Of a DNA stretch of 64,000 nt, positions 39,783 to 49,309 are shown one piece after another. Position numbers and translations under genes: made by a program. This stretch comes from Octopus sinensis (lineage: Eukaryota), in contig NC_043019.1 in assembly GCF_006345805.1 (NCBI RefSeq), positions 28,457,360 through 28,521,359 of the forward strand, written 5' to 3'. The notes beneath the pieces were generated by a model. That model searched no databases and was not told where the DNA came from. It worked only from the letters and a program-made list of their open reading frames with translations. The number at the start of each line of letters is the position of its first letter. The first letter of the stretch is position 1.

Positions 39783-41430
39783 CACAGGAGTGGCTGTGTG
39801 GTAAGAAGCTTGCTTCCCAACTACATGGTTCCGGATTCAGTCCCACTGCTTGCCACTTTGAGCAAGTGTCTTCTACTATAGCCTCAGGCTGGTCAAAGCC
39901 ATGAGAGTGGTACTCATGGAATCAGTCTCGCTAGTATAAACCAAGTTATCTCGAAGATAAAAACTGGATAATTTCTTTTCATTAATAGAAGAAATAACCT
40001 GAAATAAATTCCGAGGGACCCAAAAATGCAACCTTAATGGATCTCAGATTCAAAATCTCACAATATCTAATTTTTTTATTGAAGTACTTTAAAAACAATT
40101 TACACACCACCTCAACTAAGTTACATTTTAATTGAGTGGCATAAGAAATATACTATATAATGTTACTCTTGTCCAGAACTAAAGTAGAATGACCTAAGTT
40201 ATTCACCTTATAGACCAACTTTGAATTATAACCTTTTATCAAATAATTATATCTATATTTGTGAACATTAGTAACTGGAATTAAAGGATTGTTCTCACAG
40301 TAGTTATGTCCATTCCCTGACTTATATGTACCCTTCTGTTTAGAGTTGGGACATTTAAAATCAAATCTATAATTATTACTAGTAAGTTATGATTTATCAG
40401 TACAATCCTTGCTAGAAATATCTAGGTATTCAATTTTCCTATTGTAACTGACCTTTTTAAGGGCTATATTATAGTAATCAGCATTCCTATCAAAAACTTC
40501 CTTATATATATACTAGCAGTATCGCCCGGCGTTGCTCGGGTTTGTAAGGGAAATAACTATAAAGCATTTTTAGAGAGTTATAGCCAAAAAATAGCAAAAA
40601 AATGCATTAAAAATGGAAAAAAAATTATGGTAAATTTTTTTTTTAAATCGTTGACTCATCGTAGACATTTTTAGAGAGTTACTTCCCTTATATAATAGCG
40701 AAAAAATGCATTAAAATGGAAAAAAATGATGGTAAATTATTTTTAAAATCGTAAACTCATCGTAGACGCGCACTAATACTCAGAAGGGCTTGATATGAAT
40801 CACGACTATAAGATACCCGGTTTTGGTTAAACTGCACCGCAAAATATGGGAGTAGTTAGGAATCAAAATTATAGGAGACAGACACACGACCTTACTTTTA
40901 TATATAAAAATTTGTGTGTGTGTGTCTGTGTTTGTCTCCCCCTCCATCGCTTGACAACCAATGTTGGTGTGTTTATGTCTCTGTAACATAGCGGTTCAGC
41001 AAAAGAGACCGATAAGTACTAGGTTTACAAAGAATAAGTCCTGGGGCTGATTTGTTCGAATAAAGGTGGTGCTCCAGTATGGCCTAGTCAAATGAAGAAG
41101 ATATATATATAGTTAATCTAAACATGAAAACACAAAGAGAAAACACAACAACACGAGGACCTGGAACAAGTATAGTGTTATTGGACGCTCAGGAAAGGAA
41201 AGAAAGAAGTAGGATTTAACATTTTGAGCAGAGCTCTTCATCAGAAACATAGGAAAAGGAAGGGAAGACGGAGGAAAAACTCGCCAACGGTCCACACATG
41301 GTCACAAAGTTTCGACAATGAAACTTAATAAACAAACAGTTAATTAGTTGTGCAATAACATACCCAGGGATCTTGTAATTGAGGGTTTCCTGGCCATACT
41401 AATTTTAGTAAAATACCGTATATAATTCAT
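20620..41430 (-). CDS. AADAT: Kynurenine/alpha-aminoadipate aminotransferase (KAT II-like), spliced CDS span: 11 exons, 425 aa
   Basis: Exons of 67+100+69+130+75+276+83+97+127+206+48 = 1278 nt join in frame with GT-AG ends. Motifs: MNY..F start, GSQ.GL, PCYSG, GCNPTG, EDDAYY, DSFSK (PLP lysine), GLR.GF, GGMFLW, PGSAF, YIRAAFS. Confidence 0.95.
20717..21271 (+). mobile_element. piggyBac-type MITE containing a nested SINE (20847-21182) with a 12-bp TSD
   Basis: GGGTTAA right end; AAGTTATGAGAT duplicated at 20835-46 and 21183-94. Confidence 0.8.
23196..23401 (-). CDS. AADAT: AADAT coding exon 10, (G)[14 protein letters not shown]...[16 protein letters not shown]
   Basis: Lies inside ORF 23181-23462; gatttag acceptor, GTAAGT donor, 206 nt. 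Confidence 0.95.
24482..24608 (-). CDS. AADAT: AADAT coding exon 9, [42 protein letters not shown]
   Basis: Poly-T then gttatag acceptor, AAG|GTAAAG donor, 127 nt. Confidence 0.93.
26348..26444 (-). CDS. AADAT: AADAT coding exon 8, [32 protein letters not shown]
   Basis: Lies inside ORF 26279-26494; tttctag acceptor, CAG|GTATGT donor, 97 nt. Confidence 0.95.
28676..29005. mobile_element. hAT-type MITE
   Basis: TIR CAGGGCTGGCCAA / GAGGCCTGGCCAA; 8-bp TSD GTTTACAT / GTTTACAC. Confidence 0.8.
29117..29199 (-). CDS. AADAT: AADAT coding exon 7, [28 protein letters not shown] (PLP-binding Lys)
   Basis: ctttttag acceptor, GTAAGT donor, 83 nt. Confidence 0.95.
29865..31060. repeat. ~1.2-kb degenerate (TA)n tract, interrupted at ~30045-30140 by a diverged end of the neighbouring foldback element
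   Basis: Directly visible; source of the poly-YI ORFs. Confidence 0.95.
31058..31492. mobile_element. Foldback with ~210-bp inverted arms carrying opposed hammerhead motifs, Penelope-like
   Basis: Arms ~31058-31268 and ~31282-31492 are near-perfect reverse complements; CTGATGA...GAAAC at 31293-31349 (+) and 31192-31255 (-). Confidence 0.75.
31674..31751. mobile_element. 78-bp Tc1/mariner-type mini-MITE
   Basis: 28-bp TIR CAGGGATGGCCATAAGTCACTTTACCCA with one mismatch, TA on both sides. Confidence 0.8.
32008..32283 (-). CDS. AADAT: AADAT coding exon 6, [10 protein letters not shown]...GCNPTG...[12 protein letters not shown]
   Basis: Lies inside ORF 31822-32361; ctttatgaag acceptor, CAG|GTAAAA donor, 276 nt. 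Confidence 0.95.
34256..34330 (-). CDS. AADAT: AADAT coding exon 5, [25 protein letters not shown]
   Basis: tttgcag acceptor, GTAAGT donor, 75 nt, phase 0-0. Confidence 0.94.
34430..34727 (-). mobile_element. Non-autonomous Helitron-like element (5' end)
   Basis: Minus-strand TCTCTATATATATAAA start and (TG)n; 3' end not resolved. Confidence 0.45.
35107..35523 (+). mobile_element. Full-length young tRNA-derived SINE (family A; many other copies, e.g. 790-960, 6980-7450, 18208-18600, 23575-23950 (-), 39780-39905, 62750-63110)
   Basis: GGCGCAGGAGTGGCTGTGTGGTAAGTAGC...GGGTTCAGTCCC head, CpGs retained, tail ACAAGTAAAAGAG. Confidence 0.85.
35921..36050 (-). CDS. AADAT: AADAT coding exon 4, [12 protein letters not shown]...[11 protein letters not shown]
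   Basis: ggtttcag acceptor, GTAAGT donor, 130 nt. Confidence 0.94.
36165..36296 (+). mobile_element. 5'-truncated Dong/R4-type LINE 3'UTR inside a (TAA)n array
   Basis: Same sequence as the 3'UTR at 54683-54800 (reverse strand); (TAA)n on both sides, then (GAA)n to 36435. Confidence 0.7.
38240..38308 (-). CDS. AADAT: AADAT coding exon 3, (Q)[23 protein letters not shown]
   Basis: ttttattttcag acceptor, GTATGT donor, 69 nt, phase 2-2; matches the NG...QY..G block. Confidence 0.9.
38638..38997. mobile_element. hAT-type MITE nested in a SINE
   Basis: TIR CAAGGGTTCTCAACC / CAGTGGTTCTCAACC; degenerate 8-bp TSD TTTAAGTT / GCTTAGTT; SINE continues on both sides. Confidence 0.7.
39224..39323 (-). 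CDS. AADAT: AADAT coding exon 2, (V)[32 protein letters not shown]
   Basis: tttcag acceptor, GTAAGT donor, 100 nt; resembles the MISLAGGLPNP region of KAT II. Confidence 0.93.
40511..40910 (-). mobile_element. Non-autonomous Helitron
   Basis: Minus-strand 3' hairpin CCCGAGCAACGCCGGG followed by CTAG|T; TATATATAAAA-type 5' end; internal duplication. Confidence 0.7.
41110..41335 (-). mobile_element. Penelope-like pseudo-LTR repeat with decayed minimal hammerhead (41213-41250)
   Basis: GTTT-CTGATGA-A-GAGC tct GCTC-AAAATGTT-AAAT, consistent with CpG-decayed GAAACGTT-AAAC. Confidence 0.55.
41364..41430 (-). CDS. AADAT: AADAT coding exon 1, [22 protein letters not shown] (exon begins at 41450 with 20 nt of leader)
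   Basis: Acceptor tctctttcag at 41451-41460, GCC ATG context, donor G|GTATG; 67 nt, phase 1. Confidence 0.93.
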
Positions 41431-41644
41431 GGCTGCTGCTTTGGAATCCCCTGAAAGAGAATAAATAATATTCATGTTCAGCAAACAAACAGTTGTTAGA
41501 GCAATTCAGATAACATAGACAACAAACAAACACTATCAAATATGCATGGGGGTGCATGGCCTGTTGGTTAGGGAACTGCACGCAGGATTGCAAGATCATG
41601 GTCTCATTTCCTTGACAGGGTGGTGTGTTGTATTCTTGAGGCAC

Positions 41645-41699
<55 letters not shown>

Positions 41700-41701
41700 C
41701 A

Positions 41702-41732
<31 letters not shown>

Positions 41733-42255
41733 GTGTGTGGAGGCGCAATGGCCCAGTGGTTAGGGCAGCAGATTCACGGTCATAGGATCGCGGTTTCGAT
41801 TCCCAGACCGGGCGTTGTGAGTGTTTATTGAGCAAAAACACCTAAAGCTCCACGAGGCTCCGGCAGGGGGTGGTGGCAATCCCTGCGTCACTTGATGGCT
41901 AAAACAATGTGAAGCGCGTTGTGACCAGCGATGTGTACCCACATCTGATAGCCTGGTCGGTCACGTGATCACGTAATATATATATATATATGTATATATG
42001 TGCATATATATATGTATATATATATATAATATATACAGTGGCCCAGCAACAACATTTGCTAAGGGGGTGCAAACCCAGGTCCTAATTTTTTATGAAAAAT
42101 GTGAATTTTTCCAATGTTAACATTAAAACAAATGCAGGTATAATAATAATTTTTATTATTATGAGGGTCGGCTGAAATGTTCATCATCTGAGCAAGACAC
42201 TCTCAATGGAATGTGACCAAATGAAGTTCATTTTCTCCTCTTACTGTCCACACAC

Positions 42256-42730
42256 TTCCTCGAAACTTTCCAAGAAGACCTAGGAGTTTTCCAGGAAGTC
42301 GCATGCTCGGAAATTTCCAAGACATCTTCGGAATTTTACAGGAAATCACATCCTCAGAACTTTCCAGGCAGTCTCTCATCCTCTGAACTTTCCATAAAGT
42401 ACCCAGAATTTTCCGGGAAGTCTCATCCTCGGAACTTTCCAGGAAATTTCCAATCACCGGAACTTTCCAGGAAGTCTCATCCTCGGAATACTCCAGGAAA
42501 TCTCAACTCGGAACTTTCCAGGTAGTCTCACCCTTGGAACTTTAATGAAGTCCTCGGAGTTTTACAGGACGTCTCATCCTCAGAACTTTCCGGGAAATCT
42601 TTAATCCTCGGAACTTTCCGTGAAATCCTCAGAATTTTCCAGGAAGTCTCACCCTCGGAACTTTCCATAAAATCTTTACAATTTTCCAGGAAGTCTTGCC
42701 CTCGGAATTTCCCATGAAATCTTCGGAAAT
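42256..42730. repeat. Minisatellite of ~21-26-bp units (GGAACTTTCCAGGAAGTCTCATCCTC)
   Basis: Directly visible imperfect tandem array. Confidence 0.9.
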
Positions 42731-42734
42731 ACGA

Positions 42735-42805
42735 CAATGGTATGTCCACACTTGGAATTTGCATCACCAGTCTGGAACCTCTCTCTTGCTCAGCATATAA
42801 ACATT
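42735..42805 (+). mobile_element. CR1/L2-like RT fragment
   Basis: MVCPHLEFASPVWN resembles LVRPHLEYASPVW. Confidence 0.6.
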
Positions 42806-42934
42806 TTAATATGCAAAATATACTTCACAGTATTATATATACTATGCATTAATGCAAAAAAATTATGTTTATTGGCTATCTTCAAAATGATCACACCATC
42901 AATGGAAAATTTCAATACCAACTTCCTAAAGCAG

Positions 42935-43348
42935 TTATGACCAAAAGTATCAAGACCAAACACCCAGAAAAACTGATGAATGGGGTCTTGTTTCATTAGG
43001 ACAATGCTTCAGCACACAAGTCCTTGGTTTCAATGGCTGTTATGTGTGACTGGCTTTGAACTGGTTGATCATTCTCCCTATGTTAGTGATTTGTTATCAT
43101 TTGTTTCCCAACATAGAAAAACATTCAGCTGAGCACCAGTATCACTATGATGCGAACATCTTATCTGTTGTTGATGACCATTTTTGATCAACAGAAAATC
43201 TTCTTCACCAGTGCGACCCAAGCACTGCAACTACTAATGGAAGTGTGTGGACAGTAAGAGGAACTATGTTAGAAAATGAACTTCATTTGGTCACATTCCA
43301 TTGAGAGTGTCTTGCTCAGATTATGAACATTTCAGCCGACCCTCATAA
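42935..43348 (+). mobile_element. mariner transposase 3' relic with right TIR
   Basis: IKTKHPEKLMNGVLFH*DNASAHKS...FELVDHSPY...YHLFPNIEKH; ends CAGCCGACCCTCA-TA. Confidence 0.8.
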
Positions 43349-45568
43349 TAATAAAAATTATTATTATACCTGCATCTGTTTTAATGTTAACATTGGAAAA
43401 ATTCACATTTTTCATTAAAAAATTAGGACCTGGGTTTGCACCCCCTTAGCAAATTTTGTTGCTGGGCCACTGCTGGCATGCTAACGATTCAATCAGCTTG
43501 CCACCTTGAATCTCTTCAAAATAATACTACAAATGATGCCTTGAAACTTGGGCAACAAAGTCATTCATTTAAACTTTGTATGAGGGCATTTGGTTTGGAG
43601 AAGCATTAGAGGGTTGGACAAAAAGCTTGGCTCTTTACGTTTTGGGTTCAAATTCCATTACAAACAGATTTGCCTTCTGTCCTTCCAGACTGGAAGAAAT
43701 AGTCAAGAACTGGGGTCGAGTTAACCTAATCACACCCACCACTTAATTTATGTCCTTGTACCTATGTTAAAAATACTTCAAGCTTTTATATGAATAGTTT
43801 TTGAGAGATGATATTATTCTATTATATATTGTTGTAAGGTAGCGAGTTGGCAGAATCGTTACCGCGTTTGGATAAAATGCTTAACGGCATTTCCTCCGGT
43901 TTGAGGTTATAAGTTCAAATTCCGCCGATGTTGACTCTGACTTTCCTCCTTTCGGAATTGTTTTAAAAAAAAGAATGCACCTGTTGCGTATTGGGATCGA
44001 TGTAATCGACTTGTAACTCTTCACTAAAATTTCAGACCTTGAGTCAAGAGCAGAAAGAATTTATTATAAAGTGCACTGAAGGCATCAAAATTGCGCGGTA
44101 TTTGTGGGCGGTTGTGCTGTGATGTAGACATATTAACTTTTTTAAAACACTAGAGATTATGACGTGGAACGAAAGAGCAAATCGAACATGAGAAAAAGGA
44201 ACCGTTGGAAAGTGTGCACGCTGTGTACGAGTTGTGGCCATTGTCTTGAGATATGTACATAAGTGTTATTTAGCAAGATGTAAAAAGCATTACTAATATT
44301 GTGAATACTGTGCACAGTTAAGTATGTCACTGGCACTTTAATTATATAGGCAAAAGCTTTCGTGTTTGCACGAGTTTAAGTATATATAGCTATATGAAGG
44401 TAGTTGTTAGTCCCAAAGGCAGTTTGATCTGTTAGATCCGACCTTCTTCTGAATATAAAAGTTCATATGACTATATTTTATTAAAGTCAGACACACCAAA
44501 ACAAGGAGATAGTTTCTGCACATTTTCTGCAGTTGCAAACTGATGTAAGTGCAATTCCGGTGCAACAGCAGAATGTAAGTGAAAATTTAGACTGATGTCT
44601 AAATTTAACTCGTGTTCTATTTATTAAATTCGCGGGACCTCGTCTACTAAAATTCAAACTAACCGAAAAAAATAAATAAGGACTTGGTTTTTTTCGTGAA
44701 AGAAAACAAGCTGAAGAAATTGCATGCAGAAAGAAAGACGAGGAGAAAGAAAATCGGTAAAATAGCATAACATTTAGGAAGTGTTTCGTAACGAAGAACG
44801 GCTGTAAAAACCCACTTAATGGTGAATTTATTCTTTCATGAATGAGAAATTAGAAATTTTAAAACCGCAAACTGTATATATATATATATCCCGTGTGTGA
44901 GTTTGTATAGCATATTTCTTAATTGATTAATAAATTCATAAAGTAAAAGAATTTAAATTTAGCCAAAAATATTTTTTAGTTTTGCTATATTCATAAATAT
45001 AACCAAAATAGGGGCTGCATTAGCCCCCTCCCCCAAAATATATGTATGCATAATAGTCTTAGCACGAGCAGGTTACAATGATCTCAAAACGGGCCCGAAT
45101 TTTGGGATTTTACTGTATCCTGGAACCCCCAGCTGTTCAACTCGCTCAACCCTGATGGACCCCTTTTTGACAGCCGCGGGTTAATGTTGGATACAGTTTT
45201 ACTGTATACCTAGTTACCAAAACACCAACAGATTTAGATTTAATTTTTCTTTTTAGTCCCTTTCTCACCACCAACCACCAGAATTAAAAACCCTGCAAAG
45301 GTCGTGATCGCTACTCATCCTCCCCTTGAAGTATATTTCAAGCCAAGTAGAGGTATGGATTTAGATAAAAAGATAATAGAATTTTTTGTAAAATACTCAA
45401 TAATCCATAGATAACGCAGCATAAATGTTTACGAAACCTGTTTCCATCCGACATGTCCATCTTACGGAGTTTTGATAACAGATGTTAAAATAAAATAAAG
45501 GTTAAACAGGACATAGGCTTTGAAGAAAATTAACATTCTTCACATTAACAAGTATAATACACAAACAT

Positions 45569-45628
<60 letters not shown>

Positions 45629-45660
45629 GGACACCGATTTAAAAATGATTCTCCACTCAC

Positions 45661-45760
45661 CTGTCGATTATATGTATATGTGTCTTTAAGTAAAATAAAC
45701 AAAGCGGTAAACTCGATTGCATTAGCAGAACAACACGTAGTTTCTCACGTCTGTAGTATC
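45661..45760 (-). other. Candidate non-coding leader exon of AADAT
   Basis: Consensus CAG|GTGAGT donor at 45661/45660 in a CpG-retaining region; 5' end unknown. Confidence 0.35.
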
Positions 45761-45809
45761 GAGATCGTAAACATTGTTAGAACCACAAGCGATAGGGATA
45801 AGGAGGTTC

Positions 45810-45841
<32 letters not shown>

Positions 45842-46363
45842 CCTTTTTTCCCGTATATATGCTATCGAGAAGACTTCAATATCTCAAGCAAGATCGTATA
45901 ATATATCACGTTAACTTTTATTATCTCGAAAATCTATTAGAAAGCAGAGACTGCTTACATCAATCACAACAACAATATTACGGTGTTGCAAATGTATTGA
46001 GGCCACATGAAAGAAAAATTAAGTAAACGGTTCTCAATGCTCGCTGTTTGTAAATATATATATATATCCTTACATTTATATGATTTTCTCTCATTCATAA
46101 AATGGCAATCTTAAAATTATTAACAAGCAATTTTAAATGTTTAAATAATACTTAATGATTGAGAAATATTAATCATTACGAAACATATTCCACAGTGAAG
46201 GATTAACTCTACTTGCAATTAAAGTTAATTTGGGACTTTTTTTTTTAAATTATTCACACAACCATAATAATAATCTTGATATTGGTTATTGATTTCGCTT
46301 CAAAATCCAAAACACGGCTTAATTAATTTTATATATATAAAAAAATGCATTAGATTTGCTTAC

Positions 46364-46460
46364 CTTTAGATTGAACGAGGGCGTGTGCCCCGCCGCTGCT
46401 CGACTTGCTGCACATAGCTATATTACTGTTAACTCGACTGGGTTAGCAGAGCAACATTCA
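46364..46460 (-). other. Candidate alternative first exon of AADAT with in-frame upstream ATG at 46415
   Basis: AAG|GTAAGC donor, CpG-rich, 52 nt from ATG to donor (phase 1) in frame with the 41450 exon; 5' end approximate. Confidence 0.45.
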
Positions 46461-48779
46461 AGCCACACCCTGAACCCCTACACGACGCGACAAAATAATC
46501 TCAACATAGTTGTTCAGTCCACTGTGAATAATCAAATTTCTTTCAAATCACGCCCAATCGTTTCATTGGGTAATGATTTCATATTTTGGACGGAGAGCCT
46601 GCAGTTTTTAAGGGGAGAGGGAAGTCGATAACAACGAACCGAGTACTTAAGTGCTACTTATTTTATTTACCCTGAGAGGATGGAAGGCAGAATCGACCGC
46701 AGAGGACATTGAACGCAGAACGAAATGCCGCTAAGTCCGGCGTGCTAAAAGTTCTTATTTCTTTACTACCCACAAGGGGCTAAAACACAGAGGACAAACA
46801 AGGACAGACACACGGATTAAGTCGATTATATTGACCCCAGTGCGTAACTGGTACTTATTTAATCGACCCCGAAAGGATGAAAGGCAAAGTCGATCTTGGC
46901 GGAATTTGAACTCAGAACGTAACGGCAGACGAAATACCGCTAAGCATTTCGCCCGGCGTGCTAACGATTCTGCCAGCTCGCCGGTTTCGGATCATTTGAT
47001 AACATGCACTTGAGTGCACTGGGCCTAGAACCAGAGTCGTATTAACAGTATCATAGGCCCCTGGAAAAATTAAGGTACAGGCACACTTGAGCAGTTACCC
47101 AGGGTCTCGCAGTTCTAGACGCCCAACTCTAATCTATGTATGCTACATATCAGGACAATTACCCCTCCCCCATAGGACCATTACATCACTCCCCCGATTA
47201 ATGACCCTCCCTCTACAATATATTAAGAAGTTTTAAATCATCATCTGTTGTCCTCAGGAGTAATTGTCCATGGGGGTGGGGTAAATATTCTAGGCTCGTA
47301 TGCTGGATAAGGTTGGTCACGAATGGATTATAATTGATTATAGTTCTTTTTGCTCAGAGCTGCCTTAGTGCTAAATAACGACACCCACAAATCTATACAG
47401 TAATATCGTTTTCTATCTATAGACAAAATGCCTGAAATTTTGTGGGGAAGCAGTTTAGTCGATTGTGTCGATCCTAGTGCGCAGCTGGGGCTTTTTTTTT
47501 TTACCGATCCTGAAAGGATGGAAGGCAAAGTCAACGGTAAATTTTGGGAAGTACATCCACACGCGTTTCACTCAGAAAAAAAACATCGGATTTTTTTTTG
47601 TTTTTTTTTTGCGTGGAATCAAGTACCTATTTCTTTACTACCCACAAGGGGCTAAATACAGAAGGGACAAACGGATTAGTGCGTAACTGGTACTTATTTA
47701 ATCGACCCCGAAAGGATGAAAGGCAAAGTCGACCTCGGCAGAAATTGAACTCAGAACGTAGCGACAGACGAAATACTGCTGAGAATTTCGCCCGGTGTGC
47801 TAACAATTCTGCCAGCTCGCCGCCTTTACAAACCAAGGACGTTTTATAGAATCAAGTACCCTGACCCCTAATGTACCGCAAACCCCTTAATTTTGTTCAG
47901 AAAAAAATTAGTGGTTGGGAAACCGGATCCCTCCTTATTCCGGAATCATTGGATTTTTTTTTTCCTTTTTTCGTTGAACGACTTACAGTGACCTCCTAAT
48001 ATGTCACAAAACACTTTTTTGGTCCGGAAAACGGAGTTGGGGTGGAATCCTCGAAAATTTCACCTTTCCCCCTCCTGGAATCATTGGAAAATGTTTGCTT
48101 TTTCGTTAAATGAATTACGGTGGCCTCCTAATATTCCACAATACACTTTTATTTTGTCCAGAATTCATTCAGCGGAAACAAGAAATTTCAATGATTCCGG
48201 GATAGAGAATGGGGTCTGGTCCCCTCCCCCACCTTTTCCGAACAAAAATAAGGGGTTTGTGGCACATTATGAGATCAGGGCACTTAATTCCACGCAAAAA
48301 ATCCGAGGGCTTTTTTCTTTGTAAAACACATGCGGGCGTACTTTCCAAAACTTATCAAGTCAACTTCGTTGGAATTTGAACTCAATTATTTTTTGTGTTT
48401 TCCTTTTTTCTTTCCTTCATCTTTTTCATTTTTATTTTTTGGATAATGGTTGAAATAGATATGTATACACCAACATTATATATAACATAGGACTAATTTT
48501 AATGATATAAATATATATATATATATTATATATATATATATATAGATAGATAGATAGATAGATGGTCGTGGTCACCATTATAGATAATGGTCAGTGGTGC
48601 GTATTGTGTGACCATTTAATATCGACTCATATCAGAAGGCTGAAATAATGCATATGATGTGCCATTTGGAAAAGAAAAGAGATACAACTGGGTAGAAGGC
48701 TTATGAAAGATTTATTGATGTATTTACATGCATCTTTGTGGGTTGTATGTTTGCTGTTAACCATGGTGAGGTAACTCAC

Positions 48780-48990
48780 GAACAGTGCTATGTTAGAACC
48801 TGTGCAGTGTTGCTGGTGCTGTGCACGTAGAGATGTTGACGACGTTGGCGAGAGATAGGATGGTGGCGACGAAGATGGAAGTCGCTGTGATGTTGTTGGG
48901 TGGGTGTTGTCTGGCGTCGTCGCTGGAACTGGCTGTGTCGTGTGGTCGGTGGCTAGACCTTAGAAGGTCTGGAACCAAAAGACTTCGAGA
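48780..48990 (-). other. Candidate distal first (5'UTR) exon
   Basis: CpG-rich, no ATG on the minus strand over about 210 nt, GTGAGT donor at 48779, TATA box just upstream. Confidence 0.5.
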
Positions 48991-49005
48991 CAATGAGAAG
49001 TTAAG

Positions 49006-49135
49006 TTTTTTATAGGTAACAGCAGGCTCAAATTTTGGGGTTGAAAACAGACTGTCTTACGTGATTTATTTGGGGACTTCGATTGGTTAGGTTGTATATT
49101 GGCGCGATTGAGTAAGAAGTAAATTGCGCCAATTC
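49006..49135 (-). promoter_or_regulatory. Candidate Pol II core promoter: TATAAAA plus three CCAAT boxes and an E2F-like TTGGCGCG
   Basis: TATAAAAAA at 49014-49006 (minus); CCAAT at 49082-86 and 49098-102 (minus) and 49129-33 (plus); TTGGCGCG at 49099-106. Confidence 0.5.
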
Positions 49136-49239
49136 AGAGTGGTGGACACAATAGGCTCCAAAGGTTAGCTGTCATCTGCTACGTTCGGATGTGTGTGTAT
49201 ATATAATAAAGGAGACAGGAACTTCACTAGAGAGTACGC

Positions 49240-49295
<56 letters not shown>

Positions 49296-49309
49296 AATTT
49301 GTTGGAAAA

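Larger units (their letters stand above)
42036..43472. mobile_element. Composite element with ~225-bp terminal inverted arms (42036-42259, 43239-43472)
   Basis: Perfect ends CAGTGGCCCAGCAAC / GTTGCTGGGCCACTG; the arms include a mariner end. Confidence 0.8.

Noticed and set aside
42256-42730. Palindromic tandem repeats superficially like a CRISPR array, and ESSEDETS-repeat ORFs
   Set aside because: No unique spacers, no cas genes, eukaryotic context; the ORFs are frameshifting minisatellite translations.
44487-44768. 93-aa ORF and two plus-strand GTAAGT donors in the CpG-retaining leader intron
   Set aside because: No recognisable domain or consistent exon chain; a possible antisense RNA cannot be supported.
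48793-49015. Overlapping 64-66-aa ORFs on both strands
   Set aside because: Better explained as GC-rich leader or promoter sequence; near-cognate starts and no homology.
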